A stretch of 64,000 nucleotides of DNA from Atractiella rhizophila (lineage: Eukaryota), in NCBI GenBank assembly GCA_021432655.1, contig MU271318.1:1-64000 (forward strand), written 5' to 3'. Position numbers and translations under genes: made by a program. The notes beneath the pieces were generated by a model. That model was given only the letters and a program-made list of their open reading frames with translations, was not told the origin of the DNA and ran no database searches. Shown piece after piece: positions 48,673 through 59,399 of this stretch. Numbering within the stretch: position 1 is the stretch's first letter; the number at the start of each line of letters is the position of its first letter.

Positions 48673-51600
48673 TCACAGCAGTCCTAACGACGAGCAGAAA
48701 CGGTAATGCGGCTCAGCACCCAACCCTTTTGTGAACACGTCCGCTGACATCTCCGAAGTAGGGACCCACTTCATCACAATTTCCTTGCCCTGAACCCTTT
48801 CTCTCGTGTAGTGATAATGCACGCCGATGTGCTTCGTTCGATTGTGGTTTGCCGGATGTTTCGCGAGGATTATTGCGCTCTGATTGTCACCCCGTATTAT
48901 CATTGGGAATCTCTGTTCAAATCCAAGTGTCCTCAGGATCTCTCTCAACCATACCGCCTCCCTCGCAGCCAAAGAGAGTGCCATGTATTCAGCTTCTGTA
49001 GACGAGATTGCTACCGATTTCTGAGCAGTCGAAAAACAAGAGACCATCCCGCCCGCCAGATTGAAATGGCAACCAGATATCGACCGTCTACTGTCGATGT
49101 CAGCCGCATGATCCGCATCGCGCCAGCCCACCAGTTCATTCGATGCACCCTTCCCATCCCATCCCAAAACCCTTCCGGTTGTCCCTTTCAAATATCGGTA
49201 AATCCTCGTTACTGCCTTCCAATGTCCCATCCCCGGGTTTACCATATACCTACTCACTCGATTTACGGCATATAGAATATCTGGCCGCGTGTTGACTGCC
49301 AGATACATCAAGGCACCAACTGCCTCCAAGAACGGTATCCCTCCCATTTCCGCCTGCTCCCGTTCAGTCTTCGGTGACATATCGTTTGTCAACTTGTCCT
49401 TCGGATCGCAAGGTGTGCTGACAACAGAATAGTCGTGAAAACCGTATTTCGCAATACATCTCTTGATGTAGTCGATCTGATCCATCGTTATACGCCGATT
49501 CTCGCGATCCTGGGTAATCCGCATCCCAAGGTACTCTCCCACTTCGCCATGTGTAACTCTCTTGAAGACCGCCACCATTTTCTTCATCAAGCTGTCTCGC
49601 AAATCCGTCGACGTCGATGCAACGAGTCCATCATCCACGTGTAAGAGTACTATTACCAGTCCCCTATGATCCTGTCTAACGTACATTCCGTGATCAGCCT
49701 GTGATTTCACGAATCCTTCCTCCTTCATCATCGTGCTGTATTCTTCGTTCCAACTCTTCCCCGCCTGTCGCAACCCGTAGAGACTCTTCTTTACTCGGTA
49801 AACCCAGTCAGGATGTTCAGGATCAACAAGGCCCGGTGGCTGCTGGACATATATCTCTTCCTCTAATTCTCCATGTAAGAATGCATTTCCAACGTCGAAC
49901 TGTCCCAGGGTCCATCCGTTTATGGCGGCAAGCGCAAGGACAACTCTGATGGTGGACATGCGTACCGTCGGAGCGTAGGTTTCCGTAAATCTCGACCCTC
50001 CACCTGCTTATTTCCAAGGGCAACTAGTCGCGCCTTATATTTCAGAAATTCGCCCCCCAACTTCCTCTTCTTGCTTAACACCCACTTCAGTGGAATAGGA
50101 ACGACTCTGTCCGGTTTCGGCTGTAGCGGACCCAAAACCCCCATCCCTGTGATTTGTCCCCACTCCCCTCCGCATGCTCCAGTCCACCCCTCCCTTTCTT
50201 CGCCCATCATTGCCTTCGAAAACGTAGGTGTATCGTCATTCCCGTCCCAATTTCCGTCCACCGCGAATGCCCCACCTCCAACGTTCCCGTCCGTTTGTGC
50301 CTCATCAAAAATCGCTGATGCCTGGACCAGATTTTCAACGACCGTCCTTGCCTCCCGCACTTTCTTCGACTCCTGTTCTCTGATCCCAGGCCTCAGGACA
50401 ACATATGCACTTGGTAAGTCCTGTATACCCGAGTTCATCTTCTTATAATCTCGTCGTAGGGTCTTCCTAGATGATCGGCGAACATCTGGTCTAGGTGTGG
50501 TTGCACGTCCCATATCCCCTGCCGTATTGTCGTGTTCCTCACGTATTCTGTCCCCCACAGGTGCTACCTCAGTCTGGTCTTCCGGAAGGCCCCTCATACC
50601 GTGCGCGAAATCATGGACACCCCAATTCCTCCCCCAGAATTCTTCTATCCCAGCCTCTAAAGCCGCTCTAGCCTCCTCGCGTCTCATTCCCTTCCTTTCT
50701 CGATAGAAGACCCCTTCAAACCATTCGACATCAGCCGATTCAAATACTACCCTCTTCTCCGCATCCCACAATCTCCATCCTGCCGCGTCTTCACAATATC
50801 CCAGCATGTATCCTTCCCTTCCCCTAGGTTGAAGCTTCGATTCTTGACGCTCCTTTGGGATGGTAGCAACTCCCAATGTCCCAAAAGCAACAAGGTGATC
50901 CATGGACGGTAATTTTCCGTATAACGCCTCGTATGGGCTCCTGGCATCCGTGAGTGCCTTATGTGGTACCCTCAAGTATAGATAAACTGATGTTGCCATA
51001 GCGTCCCCCCAGAAACTGACAGGAAAACCGCTCTGTAGTAATAACGCTCTGGTCATGTTCAGCAATGTCAACCACGGATGCTCCATCATGCCCATATGGT
51101 TGTGTTTATAGGCAATCGTTGTCTCATGCTGAATTCCTTCTGTCCTTGTAAAGGTTGCCAGAGTCATTCCCATGTACTCTGCTGCCCTATCGGTTCGTAT
51201 CTTCTTAATTTAACTCCATGTTCCCGTTCAAATCGGCTGATCCATTCCTTTAGCACGATGGGTGCGGACACCTTCGAACGAAGCGGAATCCACCATATGG
51301 AACGTGTGCTCTCCTCCAGAATGCCCATGCCATAACGTTCCCCGTTCCTCATCCCAACTCGAGCAGGTCCCCATATGTCACTCAAAATTCTTTCACCCAG
51401 AACGCTCTCCGACATCTGCTGCTTCGGCCTGTTTGTCTTCGTAGTCGACTTAGACATCGCACACGTCAAGCACTTTGGAATCCCTTCATTTGATTTCGAT
51501 TTCGTTAACGTCACATTTCCAAGTTTCCCCTTTTGCAACATATCCTTTATCTTTCCAAAACTCAGATGTCCCAGTCGTTCATGCAGGGTATGCAATTCAA

Positions 51601-52393
51601 CTGATTTCGCAATCGAGGACGTAGACGAAAAGCAGACATGAGCGTCGAACGTTGTGTGAGATGGGATGTAACTTGCCTTTACGGCGACGTTCTTTTCCCC
51701 AATAACCGCAAATCCTATCGATCTCCCATCGTCGATCCCATAGTATATCGTTTCGCGGTCGTTCGTGAATCGCATCCCATTGCGCATAAGCTGCATGGCA
51801 GAGATAAGATTGATCCCCAATTGTGGTAGATAGAGGACATCTTCGAAGACGACAATGAACCTGGTTCCATCCGTGTTCTCCATGACTGCATGGATTTCTC
51901 CAACAATCTTCGTGGTACCCGAACTATCAAAGACTCCTCGCAGGACGACCGGTTCCTCTATTTCTCGAACATTGTGAAGTAAGTTGAAGGAGGAAACCAT
52001 GTGATATGTGGCACCCGTGTCATGTATCATCTTCAATGTTGCCAGCGGAGTTCGCGGTGGAAGAATGTCCTCATGCCAATCAATTACTCGGAACTTCGAA
52101 TCCAGAATGGGTCCATCACCTCTTGCCTTCCCAGCAAAGGCTCCGTTCCATACACACCACACCCCATCCATTCCCGAAGGCATCTCCCAGTTCTGTACCC
52201 CAAGAGCGCCTCCCATGACATCTCTGTCATATTCTTCATATTCTATTCCTTCAGACGAATATCTGCATTCTTGGTTGAAGGCTGGATGTTCGGGAGGGAG
52301 AGGATTGTCTTTGCCATAACCAGGGACATAGATCGGGAAGGTGGATAATGCAGCAGGATTGTCAGGAAGGTGTCGCCCCCGCTGTTCAAACCC
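48673..52393 (-). CDS. pol: Copia pol (protease, integrase, RT, RNase H) with 1-nt frameshifts at ~51210 and ~49988
   Basis: HDTGATYHM, LHERLGH...CLTC, SDIWGP, IRTDRAAEY (after repair), YKARLVALG, FDVGNAFLHG, LHVDD, ADVFTK. Confidence 0.93.
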
Positions 52394-53905
52394 CTACTGT
52401 ACATAGGCAGGAACCCAAGCAAGGTCGTTAGGTCCGAACACGATTGATCCATCTCCAGTTCCATCAGCTCTCCCATCGTCAATGTGCACGTTAACGGCTC
52501 CCACAATGTTCTTTGTTCCGTCATCGTCCGCCGTCGTATTCAATCGAGAGACAGCCAGGCCACTGACGTTCCACTGAGTGATACCCGTATAATATCTCCC
52601 TACTTCTGCCGCTCTTGCTCTCATTCGGGTGTTGACATCCGCCCCCTTCAGTCTACATGTTTCTCCACGATGCCCCTCCTGAAAACAGACATGACATCTC
52701 CCATTCAACATCAGCTTTCCGCCAGCTGTAAATCCACCATTCCAAGCTCTTCCAGGAATCTCTTGCAATTGATCAACACGTGTTGGATTTCCTCCATTCC
52801 TCAGAGGTAGTGCATATATCATCCTCTCGGACGATAGGGGAACGTTTCGGTATGGTCTTAGTGTGGGCATAAGCTGTTGTGACTTCGGACGGAATACACG
52901 TTGAGGTGGCGTCATTGTCGTTGAACCTCTCCTTGTCGGCGTGCCTGGAATGAAGTTATGCGTCCTGTTAGCAGTAGGTGTACGTGAGCTCTGGACGGAA
53001 TATGCGCTGGAGGGTTTGTGAGTCGGATAATCGAGGTATGTCCCGTTGGTAGGAGGTTGTCCCATCTCGATCCTCTTTAAGTCCATGTCCCACTGCTTGA
53101 TACAGAAATCCAGGATTTCGTCTAACATGGACTCAAACTTCTTATCCCTTAACGTCGGACTGGTGTAATCCCTCGCCCATTTCGGATCATTCTCTACCTT
53201 CTCCATCAACCCCGTCCATGGCGGCATTGATTGAGCCTTCAGGAGGTCAAGGAAGAACGAATTCAGGACTTTGTCTTCAGATCTAGCATCACTAATAGCT
53301 CGTTTCTTGGTTCGCCACTTATTCCACCATTCCTTCTGGTCTTCTCCCGCAACTTGCCTCATATTGACGAAATTGAGGAGGTCGAATATTTCCGATTGCT
53401 TCTGTAGAGCCCCGTATTGCGTCTTCAGGACATTGATCCTCTCACGACATGTCCCAAGTTTCGCCATCGAATCCCAATCACTCTCCGTCACAAGAGCCTT
53501 CAGGATAGTATTGGCAGCCGCATCATTTGAGATCCATTTCTGATAGGTGGTCATCTTAGAGGTAAACGAGGTTGCATTCTCCTTCAAACCGCCGATCGCG
53601 AAAGTAGGAAGTTCTGGTTTAGGCGTACCTCCACTCCCTTCCTCAAGAACAACCTCCCCAAAACCACTCCCTACCGCCAAGCGAATAAACTCTTCATACC
53701 AAGATTTCCAGTTCCCTGCCTCCAGCTTTCTACCACTCCAAAGACTCATCAAGTGATGCGCCATTGTCGCGACCGCCGCCTTCTCTTTCTCGTGGTCCAA
53801 GATGAGATCCAGGGTCTCACTGGATGCGTTTGATTCGGTTTCCTGCTCAGGAAAAGGGGTTGGAGCCGGCGATGGGGGCAGAGATATTAACTTGTCAACG
53901 TTCAT
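52394..53905 (-). CDS. gag: Copia gag
   Basis: 503-aa ORF after the PBS, with KLEAGNWKSW and zinc knuckle CHVCFQEGHRGETC. Confidence 0.88.
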   Translation of the reverse strand: MNVDKLISLPPSPAPTPFPEQETESNASSETLDLILDHEKEKAAVATMAHHLMSLWSGRKLEAGNWKSWYEEFIRLAVGSGFGEVVLEEGSGGTPKPELPTFAIGGLKENATSFTSKMTTYQKWISNDAAANTILKALVTESDWDSMAKLGTCRERINVLKTQYGALQKQSEIFDLLNFVNMRQVAGEDQKEWWNKWRTKKRAISDARSEDKVLNSFFLDLLKAQSMPPWTGLMEKVENDPKWARDYTSPTLRDKKFESMLDEILDFCIKQWDMDLKRIEMGQPPTNGTYLDYPTHKPSSAYSVQSSRTPTANRTHNFIPGTPTRRGSTTMTPPQRVFRPKSQQLMPTLRPYRNVPLSSERMIYALPLRNGGNPTRVDQLQEIPGRAWNGGFTAGGKLMLNGRCHVCFQEGHRGETCRLKGADVNTRMRARAAEVGRYYTGITQWNVSGLAVSRLNTTADDDGTKNIVGAVNVHIDDGRADGTGDGSIVFGPNDLAWVPAYVQ

Positions 53906-53940
53906 TCAACAGCGTTTTCGAAAAAAATTTTCCCCAACCT

Positions 53941-53953
53941 GCTCTCGCTTCCA
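53941..53953 (-). promoter_or_regulatory. Primer-binding site of the Copia element
   Basis: TGGAAGCGAGAGC directly follows the 5' LTR. It has one mismatch to the TGGTAGCGAGAGC at 38991-38979, which is initiator tRNA-Met-like (inference). Confidence 0.7.
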
Positions 53954-54181
53954 TGTGGATCTGCTCATCCCTGGTGGTAAGCACCTCGCATGACTATTAT
54001 CCGAGACTCCTACCTGCTCATCCCTGGTGGTAAGCACCTAGGGAGAGCAGGTCATTGACCGTTCGTACAGAGACTCCTACCTGCTCATCCCTGGTGGTAA
54101 GCACCTAGGGAGAGCAGGTCATTGACCGTTCGTACGTACACCCGTGTGCGGTGATCGTACCACAACTGGATACCTCCAACA
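53954..54181 (-). repeat. Copia 5' LTR (228 bp) with a different internal repeat arrangement
   Basis: TGTTGGAGG...ATCCACA. Shares the core repeat with the 3' LTRs. Confidence 0.9.
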
Positions 54182-54450
54182 AAGATGATAACGGAGTGCC
54201 GTTGAAAAGAACAGACCATACCCGAATACATCGTTTAGCACTCCCACGTTCTCGACCTCGACCTTGACTTCCCGTTGAGTGACGTAGTCGATTCTCTTTC
54301 CCGCATTCGAGTTAGCCGCTCCGTTCCCTCTTTCCCTCGATCTTCCTCCGGCTTCCATCCCTATTTCGCTCCTTCGAGCTCCTTCCCCGCATTGTACGCC
54401 TGACTCCAGCGCCGCACCGACTCTTAGGGTCATCTTCAATCGCCATTCTC
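54182..54450 (-). pseudogene. 5' part of the degenerate gene whose 3' part starts at 27753
   Basis: Minus-strand AATGCGGGA...ATCGACTACGTCACTCAA matches AATGCGGGATCGACGACGTCATTCAA of the paralog near 61035-61060. Confidence 0.55.
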
Positions 54451-56366
54451 CTTCACACTCCTCACCTTTCTCTTGGGCGAGTCAGCGACAACACAGAGCA
54501 CTGCATGATCCCGACGTGTGGCTAGAGGCCAGAGGGGGTAAGGAGGCGGCGGAGAAGGTGCCGACAGCTGGAAGAAGACGGCGGAGGATGGGTTGATGCT
54601 GTCAATAAGAATGCGGTCGAATTCCCTCGCTTGTGGCTGAGGGAAAGCTGGATGTGGCCCTTAGAAGGGATGGTGGTTAGGATTTTGTGTAGGAGTGCAA
54701 TTAATAATCTGCTGTCATGCGAACCTGGAATCGGAAAAATTACTGGGGTGGAGTGTCTGGCACAGAGAGACACCAATCGAGGTAAGCCTGCCTCCTTTCT
54801 TTCTTTACGATGGTATTTTATGTTCTACCATTCAGAAGGTTGGATTGATAATTGCCTACAGATGCAGATGAAGTAGAGCAGCCGCCGCTGCGGACCATCC
54901 CTCCTCTCCGATTCTCCCCTTCAGCCTCTCTAAAGGCATCCAGCATCCCCCACTCTTTTGCATCTCCTAGTCCAGCAGCTTTATCAACTACCGTTCCATT
55001 CAGGCTTGCAGAAGCGGATCTAGAATTCTCCTAAAGCACCGGTTCCGTCGAAAAGAAATAGAAGCTCGCGGATTGGTGTATTGCGTTATATCCTGTCCCT
55101 CAACCATTCGACCCTAGCGGCGGGGATGGAGGCGGGGGGAGGAAATACGGCGGAAGAGGTGATGAATGTGCTGAAGGTTTTGAGGGGTGGGAGGGACGTG
55201 TTAAGGAAGTCACTGGAGGAGGGTTTGAATTCGAAGTTCTGAGCTGAGTGTGAATGAGTTCGTTTCCAATGCGCTGAAGGTGGAGCTAAATGGCCAGCGT
55301 CGTTGGACTTGACTACTTGACTGGACTTAGGAGAGGCCTCTTCTTTACTTTCTCCCGTAAATCGTATTATTCACAGTCAGGACTTCCTCTCAGCGAAAGA
55401 TATTTGTTGTACATTTTGTCAACGAGTTAGTTAACAATCATTTGAACGTCGGGCTGCCCTAGCGGTATCCTCTCAACTTGTAATCTAAGCATTTGCCTGG
55501 CTAGCGAAACGAAAGTCCCCCCGCGAACTCTTTCATGTTCACGGCCACCTCCTGTCAGAGTTTGGCACCGTTTTAAGCTGCATTCGTGCCACTGTCATTT
55601 GTGGCTCTAGTTTTCTCTCCCCTTTGCCGTTTCTCTCTTTTTGCCGAGTTCCTTAAGGTATAAAAAGTCCATTATAACTTCATTGTAATTCATTCCTTTC
55701 GACCCTTGGAATCAACACCTCCATCAATCATGGACTCCTCAGAGCGATCTGAGAGTCCGGAGTCTGATCACTATGCACATCGATTCCATTAGTTATATTT
55801 TTTACACCGAAATGCTGTCACAGAATAATCTCCGTCTTAATCGAGCACAAAGTTCGCATCCAGGTAATATCCAAGCGCAAAGCCTAGAAGCTTTGTTCAT
55901 CTGAAGTCAACACACGGCTCAATCAGATGAGAAGTGATATCTCCAACTGAGCTGCTCTCTGTCACTTCGCCACCCGTTTCGGCAGGGAAGCTTTGACGAA
56001 GCTTGCATGAGAGCGATTCTTCCGCGGTGGCAAGACAGAGAATTGAATCAGCTTGGTTCACGCTGTAGGCACTTTCTGTTCTCAATAGTTCTTCATTGTT
56101 CAACTCAGACATAAGACAACGTGTAAGGAACCACGAAATGTCCCAACCATCAACAGGCAAAGCAGATGATATCCCTCTCTCCTTGTGTCACCGTTGTTAT
56201 TCACACTTGACAACGGTCGAACTACGAATCCATCCACGAGGCCCCCTCGCGAGCGCTTTCATGTTAGCTCACCACTCCTTTAATCATGGGCAACTGAGGG
56301 TGATGTGAAAGAGTCTGACCTAGCCGCATCACATTTGGAGCCTGAATGGAACAATGCCTTCTGCCA

Positions 56367-58037
56367 CTACCAATACTTCTCCTGCTCCTCCGACTCCGAA
56401 ATGCCCGACCTCTCGCTGTTTGCGTACTCCCTCATCATCATCCTTGCAGAGGCAATGTCCGCCTCGCGCCAATCTCCATAGAATAACCGAACACCAACAT
56501 GCACCTCCATCTCCTGTCCATAGATCCCCCTCTCAACTGCCCTCAAACGCCAATCCCCGAAGAACCAGCGGATGAAGTCTCGAAAGTGGAATGCGTCCAC
56601 CATACAGTACTGGAGTGTTATCTGATATATTGCCGTTGCATTTTTTAGGGTGCTGAAGAATGCAGGGGAAACAAGGTTTGAGGTTTCTTCGCCCCCGTCG
56701 AGGAACAGCTTGGTGAGGCGTGTGAGGGGCGAAAAATCGAGCGGAGTGCGTAGGGTAGAAGTTTTTCCGCCATCGGAGAAGGGAGAGAGTATCACAGTGA
56801 TATTTTCTAGAAGAAACGGCAGAGGGTCGTCTGAGATGGAGGAAGGCAGGGGGCACATATTGCGGAGAGACAGGTAGCGGAGGGTGGATGGGAGGGACAG
56901 CGATGGCAGAGGTGGGTACCTGTAGAGGCGCAGATATTCGAGGCGAGAAGATAAGTGAAGGCCTTCTGAGGCTGAAGCAGAAGAGTCCTCCACATCGTAA
57001 GCTTTGAAATCTATGATCTGGTCACCCATCCTCCGCATCGAGTTCTCGACCTCCTCCCTCCTCCACTTTCTCGAACCTTTCCTAAACATCACGTCATCCA
57101 GTCGTTTCAAGTCTTTGATTGCATCCAACACAATTTTCGCCTCCTCTTCATTCCAAAATGCATCCACTCTCACTTCCGTGACATTCGGTGAGCCTGCGAT
57201 GACTTCTTTCACCATCCCAACATCCGCACTTCTGTCAAACCACAGTGTGCCCCACAGTCGTCCGGAATCAGGATAGCGTTTCAACCGCGCATACTTTTCC
57301 GCCACAAAACCAGGTTCTTTCCAATAAGGAGCTGAAACATTACTCCACAGCTGACACACCTCGGAGAGGATAGAAGTGTTGTTGACAAAGCTGAATATAT
57401 GAGAGAGGAGCTCGACAGGCAGCCTCGAGATTGAGCATGAGCATGGAAAATCATCTGAAGGTGGGACAGAGAGTTGGATGATGCTAGCTGTCCGGAGGGA
57501 TGGGAGGGGTGACGATTCATAGTCCCTAAAGGGAACGTAGTATCCTCGGTAATCGGGATATGATGCCAGGGGGAAAAACATGGCATTCTCACGAAGGAGA
57601 GGAAATGTGCGAGTGTATGGATTGTCATATGAATCTACGGAATCGACGTCTCGTTTGACGCCTCCTTTGACGGCTCCTTTGACAACCGGCAAACGCCCTT
57701 CAGCCTCCGAAAAGGTTACTGTCACATTTTCGCGGTTGATGGTAATACGGAAGTTGACGACACCATCCTTGTCGGCCACATTTTTGAACCCTCCAAGTGA
57801 TAAATTAGACAACTTTGAGGACAGCTTCCCGGGATTCCAATACTGGTTCAATGACCGCGATAAGACAAACGAAATCCGAAGCGTGTGAATTGACGGAGGT
57901 AGGCGAGAAAGGAAAGACGGAAGAATGGAGAGGTCGATCCTATGGAAGCTGGTCACTGGGGTGATGGCATGGACAAGTGCGCACAAGTCTGACGCCTCGG
58001 AACCTTGGAATAGACGAGATGTTTGTTGCGCTGTCAT
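56367..58037 (-). CDS. F-box / RNI-like LRR protein (may have further degenerate 5' coding sequence up to ~59066)
   Basis: 556-aa ORF with ISRLPVELLSHIFSFV...LSEVCQLW and LxxLxL repeats. Confidence 0.75.
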   Translation of the reverse strand: MTAQQTSRLFQGSEASDLCALVHAITPVTSFHRIDLSILPSFLSRLPPSIHTLRISFVLSRSLNQYWNPGKLSSKLSNLSLGGFKNVADKDGVVNFRITINRENVTVTFSEAEGRLPVVKGAVKGGVKRDVDSVDSYDNPYTRTFPLLRENAMFFPLASYPDYRGYYVPFRDYESSPLPSLRTASIIQLSVPPSDDFPCSCSISRLPVELLSHIFSFVNNTSILSEVCQLWSNVSAPYWKEPGFVAEKYARLKRYPDSGRLWGTLWFDRSADVGMVKEVIAGSPNVTEVRVDAFWNEEEAKIVLDAIKDLKRLDDVMFRKGSRKWRREEVENSMRRMGDQIIDFKAYDVEDSSASASEGLHLSSRLEYLRLYRYPPLPSLSLPSTLRYLSLRNMCPLPSSISDDPLPFLLENITVILSPFSDGGKTSTLRTPLDFSPLTRLTKLFLDGGEETSNLVSPAFFSTLKNATAIYQITLQYCMVDAFHFRDFIRWFFGDWRLRAVERGIYGQEMEVHVGVRLFYGDWREADIASARMMMREYANSERSGISESEEQEKYW

Positions 58038-59399
58038 CTTCTGAGGAGATACAGCAGACTAGACCCCATAATGCACATTAGATGAGAAGAAGAATTCTGA
58101 CAAAGAAATCGTGCCGTAATCGCATCATAAGCCTTTGTCATCCTAACCATCAGCCTTCTCATCCAAGTCGTCCTTCTCTTCCGCCTTCTCAGGTTCCTTC
58201 CCATGCTGACAACTCTGTCGAAGATTTGACGACAAAGATAAACCGAGATCCAAAACTGTGCGCTGTGAGACCAACTAGATGAATAGTTCTTAGGAGAATC
58301 AAGGATAATGCGTAATAGATGGAGGTTTCGTTGTTAGGGGGTCGTTGTGTGCCTTTATTTGAAACGGAGAACTCGGACTTCAAGTCATTGAGGATGTGGG
58401 GAAAGGTAGGTCTACCTAGCCGCTGGACAAGTTGGAGTAAAGAAAGAGCGCTGTTTGAAGGGGAGACGTCCATATCTGTAATCGTGAATATCATGGTTTG
58501 ATACTCATCCATTCCCTACCAGCCGAGTTATTTTGAGGAGGGCGAACATGGTGGTGAGTGTCGCCGTCGGATGAAGGAGAAGAGGAAGGATGAGGGGTCG
58601 CGAGACTCGAGTGGTCCTGCGGAGTAGAAGCGGGTCTTGAATGGTGGAGAGAATGCAAGTTGGCGTCCTGGCTTTGATTTGAGAAAAGTGTGTAAGCGAG
58701 ATATTAGAGCGCGAATAGCACGGAACTATCATCCGGGGATTGCTCTCCTCTCCACTTAGTGTCGGGCATCGCTTCTCATGAATCCCCCGACACCTCCAAC
58801 TCTGCTCCGGTACTCCACCTTCAGATGGTTAGTAAGGAGGAACAGGTGTAAGAACATTGGTAGTGCTGAGTAGCCGCGCTACCCAAACATCCTCCCGCAA
58901 GCGGAAACGATTCAGTCGGGTGCACATGGTGCTTGTTGGAGGGAGAATCGATTGGTTCGGAGAGGTGAGCGTAGATGTACCTGACTTCGGATAATTCTGC
59001 ATCTTCGGGGTGGGACTGGTTGCGTATGTCGGAGAGGCTCCTAGGGTGAGTGGAATGGCTCGGCAAAGGGCGAGCAGCGGATTATGATTGGTGTGTATGG
59101 AGGTAGCAGGAAGGAGGAAGATAGAGGAAGGGCCGTCATCAAAAGCTGTCCTTAATACATGCAACGTCAGTTACCGAATCCATCTAAAAGTCGCACACAG
59201 CAATTCAGACCTGAACACAAAGACGACAATCTCGCGAAAGATGATACCGTGACAAAAGGGTTGACTAAAGCGAGTTGGCGCTGGAGAAGGGGCAGTGTGT
59301 TATAACCTCCAACGGGTATGGTGACAAGGGCTGAGTTCTGATAGGATTGTTGAAGGAGGGAGTTCCGCGCTCTGATATAGGGCGATATGAGAGTAGTAG

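Larger units (their letters stand above)
48240..54181 (-). mobile_element. Full-length Ty1/Copia LTR retrotransposon (5.9 kb)
   Basis: LTRs 53954-54181 and 48240-48452, PBS, PPT, and domain order gag-PR-IN-RT-RH. Confidence 0.97.
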
